Shown here: positions 1 through 10,492 of the stretch, piece after piece
Layout of the letters: each line of letters begins with the position of its first letter
How positions within the stretch are numbered: the first letter of the stretch is position 1
NCBI GenBank assembly: GCA_038867615.1
Contig: JAWBYA010000001.1
Location: forward strand, 577,473 to 641,472
Origin: Sulfolobales archaeon
Lineage (GTDB): Archaea > Thermoproteota > Thermoprotei_A > Sulfolobales > AG1
DNA: 64,000 nt
Direction: 5' to 3'
Made by a program: the position numbers and the translations under genes
Notes under the pieces: generated by a model
Databases searched by the model: none
What the model was told of the DNA's origin: nothing
What the model saw: only the letters and a program-made list of their open reading frames with translations

Positions 1-313
1 TTTCTATAGAACAGCCATGGCTCTCGGGCTGAGGAGGACAAGAATCCTTATCGAGTATGCCCTGAGACCCGGGATCCTCCCCCTCATAACCCTCTTTGGC
101 ATCAGATTCGGAACCATGATGAGCGGTGCCCTGTTAACCGAGATCATATTCTCATACCCAGGTCTTGGGTATATACTCTACCAAGCCATACTTTCGAAAG
201 ACTTCCCCCTGCTCCAAGCCCTCTTCTATATGATAAGCTTCATGATAATAGCGACAAGCCTTATTCTCGACATTCTCTACATGATCCTTGACCCTAGGAT
301 CAGGAGGGGGTAG
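1..313 (+). CDS. ABC transporter permease, DppB/OppB family (5'-truncated by window edge)
   Basis: EAA-loop region ..RTAMALGL..., then ALLTEIIFSYPGLG and C-terminal LDPRIR typical of DppB; frame appears open from window start. Confidence 0.85.
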   Translation, partial: FYRTAMALGLRRTRILIEYALRPGILPLITLFGIRFGTMMSGALLTEIIFSYPGLGYILYQAILSKDFPLLQALFYMISFMIIATSLILDILYMILDPRIRRG

Positions 314-1095
314 TGGTGAGGGCAACAAGGATCCTGATCCTGTTCGTGGCACTCTCACTCATATCAATCCTAGGTCCTTTCATAGCACCATATGACCCGT
401 TCCAGGTCTCTGGAAACCCCTATCAACAACCATCATGGAGCCATATACTAGGCACGGACGGACTTGGGAGAGACATATTCTCCCAACTAATAGTAGGATC
501 TAGGATCACGCTAACCATATCTATCACCGCAGCCGCTATATCCCTAGCTATAGGCCTCTTCCTAGGCCTTGTCTCATCTCTCAGGGGCCTTTTATCCCAA
601 GCAGTATCGTCTCTAATAGACTCCTTCATAGTCGTACCCCCGCTGATAATAATGATATTTATAGCAAGCATTATGGGCCCATCGATAGTATCAACGATAG
701 TCTCGATCTCGCTATCATACTGGCCACAGATAGCCAAGACCATAAGGGCTGAGGCGCTCTCGATCCTTGAGAGGCAATATGTCGAGGCTGCAAGGGCCGT
801 GGGGGCGGGGATCAAGTGGATCTTTAGGAAACACGTGATCCCCAACATGGGGCACGTGATCCTTGCTAACCTAGCCTACGCGGTGGGGATAGCGATGGTG
901 AGCGAATCGATAGTAAGCTTCCTAGGACTCGGTGATCAGAGGTTCTTCAGCTGGGGAATGATCTTCTACTACGCATTTATACAGGGAGCGATATATTACG
1001 GACTATGGCTATGGATCCTCTCGCCAGCCCTGGTAATATCGATAACAGCATATATACTCTTCGAGACAAGCAGGGATATTATCAAGAGAGCATAG
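313..1095 (+). CDS. ABC transporter permease, DppC/OppC family
   Basis: HILGTDGLGRDIFSQL and YVEAARAVGA...IFRKHVIPN motifs; 1-nt overlap with upstream permease. Confidence 0.9.
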   Translation: MVRATRILILFVALSLISILGPFIAPYDPFQVSGNPYQQPSWSHILGTDGLGRDIFSQLIVGSRITLTISITAAAISLAIGLFLGLVSSLRGLLSQAVSSLIDSFIVVPPLIIMIFIASIMGPSIVSTIVSISLSYWPQIAKTIRAEALSILERQYVEAARAVGAGIKWIFRKHVIPNMGHVILANLAYAVGIAMVSESIVSFLGLGDQRFFSWGMIFYYAFIQGAIYYGLWLWILSPALVISITAYILFETSRDIIKRA

Positions 1096-1178
1096 TCTAT
1101 AGATATGAAGAACAGACACACATAGGCAGGATAAAAATAAAAATAGAGATACGATCACACGCTATAGAATTGAAAAAC

Positions 1179-1190
1179 AGTTACGTAACT
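1179..1190. promoter_or_regulatory. Perfect 12-bp palindrome AGTTACGTAACT, candidate operator of SIS-GNAT-anmK genes
   Basis: Palindrome read directly, about 40 bp upstream of the ATG at 1233. Confidence 0.35.
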
Positions 1191-1232
1191 CTCAGCATTT
1201 TAACTATGTCGCGGAAAAGACATGGGGGTTTT

Positions 1233-1970
1233 ATGAGCTCTGCAACGCCCTCTAAGCTACTAGGCATTGTAGTAGATATTCTTGAGAAGGTTATTAAAGA
1301 GGAGATCCGTAACCTCGCTGTGGCTTCCCAAGCAATCTCGGAGGCTATGAGGTCTGGCGGTGTTGAGTATGTCTTTGGTACCGGGCATTCGATGTTGGTT
1401 GCTCTGGAGGCTTCTTTTAGGGCTGGTAATCCTGTTAAGATCTACCCTATAGTGGATCCATCGCTGCTCGGCATCCCATCGGCCCTGAGGGCAAGCAGCC
1501 TTGAAAAGCTCTCTGGCTATGCGAAAGCTATAGTGAGCTCCATGAAGATCATCCCGGGCTCTGTGCTTGTGGTTATAAGCAACTCTGGGAAGAACGCCGC
1601 CCCGGTCGAGCTTGCCCATGAGATGAGGTCTAGGGGTGTTAGGGTTATAGCGATAACCTCTCTAGAGTATTCGAGAAAACTCGTTCCAGAGAATTCCCTC
1701 GGTAAGAGGCTCTACGAGGTTGCCGATATAGTTATAGATAACAAGGTTCCCGAGGGTGATGCCTCATACGATATTGGGGGCGTCAGGGTATTCCCGGTGT
1801 CGACGATTGTTAATAGCTTTATAATCAATGCTATAAACGCGATGGCAGCCGAGGATCTAGCATCCCGCGGGATAGATCCCGAGGTGTGGGCGAGCGTGAA
1901 CATCCCGGATAGTAGGAAGAGGAATAACATCTATATAGAGAAGTACTATGATATCCTGAAACACCTATAG
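1233..1970 (+). CDS. SIS-domain sugar-phosphate isomerase/binding protein
   Basis: VFGTGHS, VISNSGKN, IAITS, DIVIDN motifs; start placed at ATG 1233 after GGGGG RBS rather than 1005. Confidence 0.85.
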   Translation: MSSATPSKLLGIVVDILEKVIKEEIRNLAVASQAISEAMRSGGVEYVFGTGHSMLVALEASFRAGNPVKIYPIVDPSLLGIPSALRASSLEKLSGYAKAIVSSMKIIPGSVLVVISNSGKNAAPVELAHEMRSRGVRVIAITSLEYSRKLVPENSLGKRLYEVADIVIDNKVPEGDASYDIGGVRVFPVSTIVNSFIINAINAMAAEDLASRGIDPEVWASVNIPDSRKRNNIYIEKYYDILKHL

Positions 1971-2010
1971 AGACTCATTTCGCATTAAAACACAGGGTTT
2001 GGTAACAGCC

Positions 2011-2484
2011 ATGGCGGAGATCCTTGTTAGAAATATAGAGTACAGAGATATAGAGAGCGTATGCGATATAATGCTATCAATAGATCCATACAAAACCCTA
2101 GGATATACGCCCGATATATGTATAGAGACCGTTATCTCAAACATAGAGGAGGGGTGGGGAGCTGTTGCAGAGATAGACGGAAGGATCGTTGGCTTCGTGC
2201 TATTCAGAGTATTCGACGGCTTCCCACTAGGTGGATATATAAGAGCCCTGGGAGTTCACCAAGGATATAGATCTATGGGTGTTGGGACAAGGCTTATGGA
2301 CTATGCTGAGGGGGTTATTTTCAAGTATAGGGAGAATGTATTCCTCCTAGTATCCTCGTTCAACGAACAGGCGATCCGGTTCTATATGAAGAGAGGCTAT
2401 AAAGTAATAGGAGTTATAGAGAACGCTATAGTAAAGGGATACCACGAGATCATTATGAGGAAGACCAAGAATAGCCAGAGGTGA
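2011..2484 (+). CDS. GNAT N-acetyltransferase
   Basis: LGVHQGYRSMGVGTRLM acetyl-CoA motif A; NEQAIRFYMKRGY. Confidence 0.85.
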   Translation: MAEILVRNIEYRDIESVCDIMLSIDPYKTLGYTPDICIETVISNIEEGWGAVAEIDGRIVGFVLFRVFDGFPLGGYIRALGVHQGYRSMGVGTRLMDYAEGVIFKYRENVFLLVSSFNEQAIRFYMKRGYKVIGVIENAIVKGYHEIIMRKTKNSQR

Positions 2485-2493
2485 GAATCCCAT

Positions 2494-3690
2494 ATGAACC
2501 CTGTTAAGAGGCTTATAGATATAGCTATGCGTGAAACCAGGATCGTTGCCGGGCTTATGTCAGGGACTAGTGCTGATGGTGTTGATATAGCTATCATGGA
2601 GATCACGGGCAGTGGGAGGGGCGTTAAATACAGGATCCTTGGCAAAGGGGTTGAGAAATACCCGAGCGGTTTGAGGAGCATGATTCTAAGAACCCTTGAC
2701 TCGGGAGGGCTTCACGACATATGTGCTCTTAACTTCCTCATAGCCAGGTTCTTCGCAAAGGCGTTCGAAAACACTAGAGAGGTTCTTGGTATTAAGAGGG
2801 GGGAGATAGATCTTGTGGGGTCGCATGGGCAGACTGTGTACCACTTCCCCGAGCTTATAAGGATCGATGATCTTGTGTCTAGATGCACCCTACAGCTAGG
2901 ATCTGTTCAGGTAGTCGCGGAAGACACAGGGATCATAACGATAGGCAACTTCAGGATTAGGGATATAGCTGCAGGAGGTATGGGAGCCCCGATAATAGCC
3001 TATGTTGACTATGCACTCCTATCAAGCCCAAACACCGGGAGGGCGATCCAGAATATAGGGGGGATAGCTAACGTGACAGTCATACCCCCAGACCCGTCTA
3101 TAGATAGCATATATGCATTCGACACGGGTCCTGGGAATAGCTTGATAGACTATGCAGTATCGATTCTGTATGACGGCATGGAGTACGATCCAAACGGGGA
3201 GATAGCCTCAAGAGGATCCCCCGACCCCGAGATGCTGGAGGAGTTGATGGGCCATCCATTCATAAGAGCACCTCCTCCAAAGACCACGGGAAGAGAGGTC
3301 TTTGGGAAAAGCCTCGTACTCAGGGTTATAGAGAGGGCTAGGGCGAAGGGGCTATCGAGGGAGGATATAGTTGCTACCCTCACAATGTATACTGTAGAGA
3401 GCATAGTATATAATTATAAGGAGTACATACTCCCCAGAGTAAAGATCGGCGAGGTTATAGTGGGTGGCGGTGGTACGAGGAACAAGACCTTGATGGGGTG
3501 GCTTAGAAAACACCTAGAATCCCTCGGGCTGAGGGTGCTTGTCCACGAGGATCTCGGCATAGACTCAAAGATCAAGGAGGCTATGGGTATGGCTCTACTT
3601 GCCCACGAAACACTCAACGGTGTTCCAAACAACGTACCAGGGGCTACAGGGGCTCTCAAAAGGGTTGTGATGGGTGAGATAGCTCTCTAG
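2494..3690 (+). CDS. anmK: Anhydro-N-acetylmuramic acid kinase
   Basis: GLMSGTSADGVD, GSHGQTVYH, DIAAGGMGAP, NIGGIANVT, FDTGPGN, PKTTGREVF, GGGTRN motifs. Confidence 0.92.
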   Translation: MNPVKRLIDIAMRETRIVAGLMSGTSADGVDIAIMEITGSGRGVKYRILGKGVEKYPSGLRSMILRTLDSGGLHDICALNFLIARFFAKAFENTREVLGIKRGEIDLVGSHGQTVYHFPELIRIDDLVSRCTLQLGSVQVVAEDTGIITIGNFRIRDIAAGGMGAPIIAYVDYALLSSPNTGRAIQNIGGIANVTVIPPDPSIDSIYAFDTGPGNSLIDYAVSILYDGMEYDPNGEIASRGSPDPEMLEELMGHPFIRAPPPKTTGREVFGKSLVLRVIERARAKGLSREDIVATLTMYTVESIVYNYKEYILPRVKIGEVIVGGGGTRNKTLMGWLRKHLESLGLRVLVHEDLGIDSKIKEAMGMALLAHETLNGVPNNVPGATGALKRVVMGEIAL

Positions 3691-3695
3691 GCTCT

Positions 3696-4136
3696 CTAGA
3701 GATTAAAGTTCTCCATAAACCACTGTGCTGCTAGCTCTAGGTTTACGGGTTTATCCTGCATCTTCATACACTCCCTGGTTTTCGTTGCGACATACTCCAT
3801 CTTCTCAAGATCGCTTTCCGAGAGATCAAGAGACCCCAGGATAGCTCCATCCCTGGCCAGCGAGATCCTCCTAGACTTAGAAGCACCCTCTATGATCCCC
3901 AGCGTCGCCGGGTCGAGAGGATCTAGGAATGAGGCTATCAAAACCTTCTCACCACCCATTAGAGCATCAATACCTATGACAATCACACACCCATGGGGAG
4001 TCGAGATCGCAAGCCCCGTGGTCCTAGAACCCCTGGGGAGGGAAACCTCTCCCCAGAGATCCTCCCCCTTAACGTCTATCACCACCGAGCCGTTGGAAAG
4101 CCTCAGATACCCTCTCACGATAAACAAAAACACCAC
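3696..4136 (-). CDS. Hypothetical protein
   Basis: 146-aa ORF with protein-like composition, convergent with anmK. Confidence 0.6.
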   Translation of the reverse strand: MVFLFIVRGYLRLSNGSVVIDVKGEDLWGEVSLPRGSRTTGLAISTPHGCVIVIGIDALMGGEKVLIASFLDPLDPATLGIIEGASKSRRISLARDGAILGSLDLSESDLEKMEYVATKTRECMKMQDKPVNLELAAQWFMENFNL

Positions 4137-4238
4137 CTGAAAAAGAATCTCCTAAGGAGCTATAATACTACCTCTATAAAAACCTACTCCTATCTATACA
4201 TTGATAGAGGGATCCTGTGGGATCGTGGTTGTCCAGGA

Positions 4239-4565
4239 TCAATTGCCAGGTATGTGGGATTTAATCAGGCTTTCCTCAGCGATCCATGTGGCTCCAAGAG
4301 AGCATGAGATATTGAGGCACTTAGCGCTCTCAAGCCTAGCCAGATCGAGTTCGCACGTACACACACCACTATCCCCGCTGAAAAGCCTTATAATAGCCCT
4401 CTTCTCATCCATAACCTCTATAGAAACCCTATCAGGCTTTCTAGGCAGCAGGGGAATATAGACCCTATACGTTTTACCAAGCTTCTCAAGCCTAACATAG
4501 ACGTCCCACCTATCACCTCCAACCTTAATAACCCTCTCTAGAGATACCTCCACAGCCCCCACCAA
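4239..4565 (-). CDS. Hypothetical protein (Cys-containing)
   Basis: 108-aa ORF co-oriented with neighbours. Confidence 0.6.
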   Translation of the reverse strand: MVGAVEVSLERVIKVGGDRWDVYVRLEKLGKTYRVYIPLLPRKPDRVSIEVMDEKRAIIRLFSGDSGVCTCELDLARLESAKCLNISCSLGATWIAEESLIKSHIPGN

Positions 4566-4620
4566 GAATAATATGGCTGGGTAAGGAATAAGCTGAGCCG
4601 CAGATCTCTAAAGCAGATCT

Positions 4621-5427
4621 CTAGGGATAGATCATGTTAGAGCTAAACCCAAGGATCTCCTTATCCTCCAAATAGTACGCTTTATCCCAGCCCTCGCTGA
4701 TCATCCTGTTAACTATGGATTCGATAACCCATATGGTATTGCAAAAAGCACCTCTGCATCTACTCCTATGAACCCTAGCGAAGCTTGCCTCAAACCCCTC
4801 CCTAGGATCGCTGCTCGAGAGGATCACAAGATCCCTACCCCTAGATCCAAACACCGGGGCGTGGAAAAACTGCTCCAGCCTCTCATAATAAGCCCTCTCA
4901 CCAAAGATCTCGAATACCTTGAGTGCAGCATAATATGCTACTCCGTAGTTCTCCCTACGTCCTATAAAGATAGGCTCTCTAGGCATGACTATAGGACGAT
5001 CCCTCTCAGAATCTATCTCCTCACCGGCTAGCGAGTATAGGGCGCTTAAACACATCAAGAAAGATCTCACGCCGGGGATTCTGCGAGGCTTATATGGTAT
5101 CTTGATAACAATATCGCCCAACTTAGCCAAAGGGCTCTCCTCATCAGCAGTTATAACATAGATCTTAACCCTACCTCTATGTCTCCTAGCAAGCTCTACA
5201 TTAGCCCTAGTCCTCCCAGAGACCGAGACGATCACGAGGGGCAGATCTAGATCTGCTTCAAGCCCATCATAAGGATCCAGAGCTTTAACCCTACCCCTAC
5301 TCTTCCCCTCAATAGCCAGTGCAGCTGCATAGGAATCACCAGCACCAGCTACGTATGCCCTCTCAAGCTTTACATCCACATCCACAATATAGTCCTCCTT
5401 AAGCTCCTCCAACATCTCCCTGATCAC
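4621..5427 (-). CDS. SIS-domain phosphosugar isomerase-like protein
   Basis: AGAGDSYAAA, VSVSGRT, ITADEESPLAK, EQFFHAP motifs (GlmS/AgaS-like double SIS). Confidence 0.8.
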   Translation of the reverse strand: MIREMLEELKEDYIVDVDVKLERAYVAGAGDSYAAALAIEGKSRGRVKALDPYDGLEADLDLPLVIVSVSGRTRANVELARRHRGRVKIYVITADEESPLAKLGDIVIKIPYKPRRIPGVRSFLMCLSALYSLAGEEIDSERDRPIVMPREPIFIGRRENYGVAYYAALKVFEIFGERAYYERLEQFFHAPVFGSRGRDLVILSSSDPREGFEASFARVHRSRCRGAFCNTIWVIESIVNRMISEGWDKAYYLEDKEILGFSSNMIYP

Positions 5428-5596
5428 TGATAAACCCCTGCTAATTATCCAGAGAGAGCCAAAAAGAACCTCACAGCCTATAGAATTCTAGCTATGCCAT
5501 AGCTAGCTGTTCGGATTTCGTGAGGGTTTATGTGGATTAATATTAGATCATAGTTATGTGGGAACATCATATAAGCTCTGAAATATTTATGGATAT

Positions 5597-5835
5597 CCGC
5601 CCAACAATGAGGGTGGCTATAAAGACCCGAGTGGGCGGGTTAAATAAAACCAATATGTTGGGGTTTCCCCACAGCTATGAACCAGAGAAAAGCTATGAAG
5701 GAGGTAGCGTGTGATCCTGGTTACTAAAAACCGCGGCTGGATCAGCTGCTATATGGTTGAAGAAGAATCTACATATTTACGGTTATTGTGGTTGCGACTA
5801 TAGAGTGGAGCGGTAAGAGGGGTAGGGAGCCGCTT
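5597..5835 (+). mobile_element. Possible non-autonomous IS200/IS605-derived remnant
   Basis: Hairpin CCGCCCA(5597-5603)..TGGGCGG(5632-5638), short MLGFPHSYEPEK tract, weak hairpin AGCGG..CCGCT near 5810-5834; 13-mer shared with 10256-10268. Confidence 0.3.
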
Positions 5836-5968
5836 GTGTGGTTAAGGTGGCATGTAGTATATTATGGGGTTAAAGGAGGGCTGTTTATTGTATTTTGAAT
5901 GTTTTGAGATGCTTTGAAGGGCGATAAATATATATACCATTAATATAAAGCTTATCTGGAGATATAAT

Positions 5969-7426
5969 ATGGCGGAGGAAGCGGCAACCGAAAAAATGCC
6001 TCTGCTTGAGAGATTCGGGTTAAAGCTTTCGGAAAAAGTGGAGAAGGTTATGCCGGACCCGCTGATCTTCGCCATACTGCTCACCATAATTACATGGATA
6101 CTTGCGATCGTTGTGATAAGACCCTATGAGAAAATGGGTGTTATAGCCACTATCCAGTGGCTCTTTGTGGATTCGTGGTATAGGGGCTTCTGGGATCTCC
6201 TGGCCTTCGCAATGCAGATGGCCTTGATACTTGTCACAGGCTATGCTATTGCCTACCACCCCGTTATATATCGGGGTGTCAAGAGGCTAGCACGCATACC
6301 CAAGAGCACGAAATCAGCAGCTGCTCTCACTGCATTGGTTTCACTCTTACTAGCATGGCTCCACTGGGGGCTTAGCCTAATACTATCGGCTATCCTCGCA
6401 AGGGAGATCGGGCTGGAGTTCTATAGGAATAAAAGGCCTCTCCACTACCCAGCGGTTGTAGCCTCAGCCTATGCCGGTTTAGGGCTGAACTGGCACTGGG
6501 GTCTCTCGGCTTCTGCACCGCTTATCTCAAACACTCCTGGTCATTTCTTTGCAAAGCTCTTCAAGGATCTATATGGTGTTGAAACCATACCGCTCAGCGA
6601 GACGATCTTCCACCCATATACCCTTGCCAACATGATCCTGATAATAGTCTTTGGTACCCTTGCATTCTACGCAGTAGCACCTAGAAACGTATCGAGAGGG
6701 GTTGATGTTGTTGCACCACACGTGATAGAAGTAGCTGTGAAAGAAGGGGAAGAGGCTAGAAAACCAGAGATAAAGACCATAGCTGATAGGCTTGAGAACA
6801 GCAGGATCCTAGCACTCCTCATAGGGATCCCAGCACTAATAGCAATGTGGTTCTGGTTCAGCAGACTCGGATTCTTCCGGGGACTCGACCTCAACTCCCT
6901 GAACTTCATATTCATACTAGCAGGCTTCCTACTATACCTCAACCCGATCGCGTATATGAGGGCTATAGCCAGGGCTACGCCCGCTGTTGCGGGAATCCTA
7001 ATCCAGTTCCCATTCTACGCAGGGATAATGGGTTTAATGAGATACACAACCGTTGATGGCGGGCCAAACCTCGCAACAGTGCTATCTGTAGCACTAGCCC
7101 AGCTCGCAACACCAGTAACCTGGCCAGCGATAAATCTATACCTATCCGGCTTCATCAACCTCTTCATCCCTTCAGGCGGCGGGGAATGGGCTGCTATTGG
7201 CGAGATAATAACGAGAACCTCGCACCAGCTGGGAGTCCCGATCGGAAAAGCCATAATAGCATATGCAGCAGGAGACCAGTGGACAAACCTATTCCAGCCC
7301 TTCTGGGCAATACCCCTGCTCGCAATAACAGGGACCAGGGCTAGAGATGTCTTTGGATACACAATAGCAGTCATGATCCTAGCGACAATTCCATTCTCCC
7401 TCGGACTAGTTCTCATTCCATACTAA
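5969..7426 (+). CDS. Short-chain fatty acid transporter, AtoE family
   Basis: MPDPLIFAILLT, GFWDLLAFAMQMALILVTGY, QFPFYAGIMG, PSGGGEW, GDQWTNLFQPFWAIPLL. Confidence 0.9.
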   Translation: MAEEAATEKMPLLERFGLKLSEKVEKVMPDPLIFAILLTIITWILAIVVIRPYEKMGVIATIQWLFVDSWYRGFWDLLAFAMQMALILVTGYAIAYHPVIYRGVKRLARIPKSTKSAAALTALVSLLLAWLHWGLSLILSAILAREIGLEFYRNKRPLHYPAVVASAYAGLGLNWHWGLSASAPLISNTPGHFFAKLFKDLYGVETIPLSETIFHPYTLANMILIIVFGTLAFYAVAPRNVSRGVDVVAPHVIEVAVKEGEEARKPEIKTIADRLENSRILALLIGIPALIAMWFWFSRLGFFRGLDLNSLNFIFILAGFLLYLNPIAYMRAIARATPAVAGILIQFPFYAGIMGLMRYTTVDGGPNLATVLSVALAQLATPVTWPAINLYLSGFINLFIPSGGGEWAAIGEIITRTSHQLGVPIGKAIIAYAAGDQWTNLFQPFWAIPLLAITGTRARDVFGYTIAVMILATIPFSLGLVLIPY

Positions 7427-7595
7427 ACAGACTGAAACCTTTTTCTTGTTCGATTTTATGGTAGATCAGGTTTATTCTGTTCTATTCATATGCTGTTCGT
7501 GGGTTTTGCTAAGATGATCTTTATTGATAGCTTGCTGTCCTTGTGTTTTTAAACCAAGGAAAGGATATGGGCATCAAAAATATTATGGTTGAGGG

Positions 7596-8183
7596 CTAAT
7601 TCGTTAAATTAATTGGAATGAGTGTTGTGAAGTTCTTCCCGGTTGTTAGGTCGTATATCTCTAGCGCTAGGTATATGCTTGCTATAAGCCCGCTTTCTTT
7701 GGATGATATGGATATGTTTATAGCCTTGATCGATAGTGTATCGCCTTTCCTGATCTCTCCCAGGAAGATCAGGTCTTGTGGTGTTGAAACACGTTCGCCG
7801 TCGAAGAGCCTGGCAGGGATAATGATCTTCAATAGCTTCTGGTCGCTCTTAACCAGCGCAATGCTATTTTCTATAAAAACCAGTGTACCATTAATCGTTG
7901 TCCTAGATATGCTTACATTAATACTAGAATAATTCCTAAGAGCCTGTAACATGGCGAGCTGAGAGGCAAGATTGCTGAAGCTATCCTGGTTCTCGCGTGT
8001 GCTCAAGATCCTCTCTATATATTGATCCTGGTAACTAGATACAAGACCTCTTGAAGCTTGCGAAGACATGGGCTGAGCAGTACTGGAACCCGTATCACCA
8101 GTCCTGCCAGCTATAGCGGCAACCGAGATCATAACAGCGCCTAGTAACACCAACGCTAGAAGCATGAATATCTTCTTATCCAT
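7596..8183 (-). CDS. Hypothetical secreted/membrane-anchored protein
   Basis: N-terminal KK plus hydrophobic signal anchor, Ser-rich linker. Confidence 0.65.
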   Translation of the reverse strand: MDKKIFMLLALVLLGAVMISVAAIAGRTGDTGSSTAQPMSSQASRGLVSSYQDQYIERILSTRENQDSFSNLASQLAMLQALRNYSSINVSISRTTINGTLVFIENSIALVKSDQKLLKIIIPARLFDGERVSTPQDLIFLGEIRKGDTLSIKAINISISSKESGLIASIYLALEIYDLTTGKNFTTLIPINLTN

Positions 8184-8635
8184 AGACCTCCCCAGGACAT
8201 ATACCGTTGAAAACCTAATATCCCGTTACACCCATGTATCCCGCAGCCCTACTATTTATCCTCGTACCAGGGATCTCCATCTATGGTTTGCAGGCTACCA
8301 TTAGCACTATTAAGTGCTACTCCTATTCAATAGATCGGGTCTCGGTGACTCTTGAACATCGGTAGAGGGGGCTAGTTGCTTGCATAGGTCTCTCGTGTTT
8401 AATAATGCTGACATGTCAACGACCTCTAGAAGATCTATAATAAATCCCTAATATACCGATACCCTCTCCGCTTTTTGATCTCCTAGGCGTTATTTGGGTG
8501 TTTGCTTTTAATCAATAGCTATCTATAATCATAGTGATTCCAAGCCTATTAGGGGTTATAGTCAATACTTATCCATATATTTATTTATCTATATATTTAT
8601 AAGGCTTAATACACATAGTATCAGGTGAGAAGAAG

Positions 8636-8965
8636 ATGCCCGTGAGCTTTGAGGAAGTAGATTATAAAAAGGTACTCGAACTCCTCAAACAAGGGGCAGT
8701 AATAATAGATGTGAGGGAGCCTAAAAGCTATGCTAAAGAACACATAAGAGGGGCTATAAACATACCTGCCAGCGAGATAGAGAAAAGAGTCGCAGAACTC
8801 CCAGCAAACAAACCCCTGGTCGTGTATTGCTCTAGCTACACATGCACAGCCTCACTAGCAGCAGCTAAGAAACTCACAGAGCTTGGTAGAAAGGATGTCT
8901 ATAGATTCGTAGGCGGCCTCCTAGAGTGGAAGACAGCCGGGCTCCCCACAGAGTCTTCCGCATAA
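8636..8965 (+). CDS. Rhodanese-like domain protein
   Basis: IIDVREP..Y..HIRGAINIP, VVYCSS, GGLLEW. Confidence 0.9.
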   Translation: MPVSFEEVDYKKVLELLKQGAVIIDVREPKSYAKEHIRGAINIPASEIEKRVAELPANKPLVVYCSSYTCTASLAAAKKLTELGRKDVYRFVGGLLEWKTAGLPTESSA

Positions 8966-9069
8966 ACGCTCCGCCGATCTTTCTTACATATTGATATATG
9001 TTTCGACGCGGAATCCGCAACATATAGCTGATCCTAGCCAGCCTGGTCTTTCGCAGAAGCGCTCTAGAG

Positions 9070-10092
9070 CTATCCAAGAATTTCTGAGACAGCGATGGGC
9101 GTTCTATTTATCGCGGATCTCTTAGAAGCTTCTGCCAAAACACAAGCCCTCCATCCATCCTCCTCGTTTGGAGCAGGCTTCTCACCCCTAGCTATGGCTT
9201 CCACGAAGCTCTCGATCTCTCTATAATATGCCTCGCGGAACCTCTCAGCAAACCATGGTAGCCTGGGCAGCCTGGCAGTGTTTCCCCTACCATATATGTA
9301 TACCTGGGTCTCTGGTATGTTCTCAAGCCTGGCAAGGCCCTCGCTGCCAAGGATCTCTAGCCTTAGATCATAGCCATAGGCCGAGCACCTCGTGACCTCG
9401 ATATCCACAAGCAAGCCGTCTTTATAGCTAATGCTCACCACAGCGCTATCATAATCCCCGCCCCCAAGGCAGAGGCTTGAGGCTATAGCATTGACCCTCT
9501 CTGGCGGGTAGCCGAAGAGCCATGAAACGAGATCGAACTCGTGGGTAACCATGTCATCGAATATAGCGCCTAGGTATAGCCTGCCAATCCCTATCCCGGG
9601 CTCGGGCATGGGGTCTCTCGCGATGAACTTTGCTATGAATAGCCTTCCCAGGCTATTTGTATCAAGGATCCTTTTGATCTCCTGGTAGCCCTTATCAAAC
9701 CTCCTCTGATAACCCACCTGGGCCAGTATGTTTCTCCTCCTCACAATACCCACGATCTCTCTGCACTCACCAAGACTTGGGGCAAGGGGCTTCTCTATAA
9801 ATATATTAAGCCCAAGGTCCCCCGCAGCCCTGACATTATCGAGATGAGCACTTGTCGAGGAAGCGATCACCACGCCGTGAACCCTATCCCTGTGGATCTT
9901 AACAGCATCCTCGAGATCTGTGTAGTATGGGACGTGAAGTCTCTCAGACAGTGTCCTAGCCCTCCCCTCATCAGGATCCACTATAGCGATGAGCTCTGCA
10001 GAGCCAACCCTCCTTATATTCTCGGCATGTATCGAGCCCATCCTACCAGCCCCAACAACGATAAGACCTATCCTCAAGAGAGAACCCTCCAT
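9070..10092 (-). CDS. Gfo/Idh/MocA oxidoreductase (inositol 2-dehydrogenase-like)
   Basis: VGAGRMG, IFIEKPLA, VGYQRRFD, DMVTHEFD. Confidence 0.9.
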   Translation of the reverse strand: MEGSLLRIGLIVVGAGRMGSIHAENIRRVGSAELIAIVDPDEGRARTLSERLHVPYYTDLEDAVKIHRDRVHGVVIASSTSAHLDNVRAAGDLGLNIFIEKPLAPSLGECREIVGIVRRRNILAQVGYQRRFDKGYQEIKRILDTNSLGRLFIAKFIARDPMPEPGIGIGRLYLGAIFDDMVTHEFDLVSWLFGYPPERVNAIASSLCLGGGDYDSAVVSISYKDGLLVDIEVTRCSAYGYDLRLEILGSEGLARLENIPETQVYIYGRGNTARLPRLPWFAERFREAYYREIESFVEAIARGEKPAPNEEDGWRACVLAEASKRSAINRTPIAVSEILG

Positions 10093-10492
10093 AGATACGT
10101 GTAAATCATAAAATCTATATATCTATATAGCAAGCCCGGGGTTCAGGTTCCATTAATACTGCTTTTTATACCAACCGCTTTTCCCTCGACTTCCCTGGTC
10201 TTCACGTATTCAGGTAATCCTCTCAAACCTCTTCATGGCATTGACCTGGCCCGCTGCTGTGGGGAAACGCTGCATCATTGTTTTATCGCAGAATGTATGG
10301 GCTTATACTATGTTTTTACAGAACTACGAGTTAGCATCAATCCATATAAACCACCATGAACAATAAACAGCTGGCTATGGCTTATAGAGGTGGGGCTTTT
10401 CTAGATCTTCTCTAAATATTTGACTTTTGTCTAGCCTAAATAGAGCATGTGTTTATTTTCCGTTTAATTCTAATCTACCTTGGTGTATGTTT

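Noticed and set aside
1005-1232. Extended N-terminus of the SIS ORF
   Set aside because: Overlaps dppC and an intergenic regulatory region; ATG 1233 has an RBS
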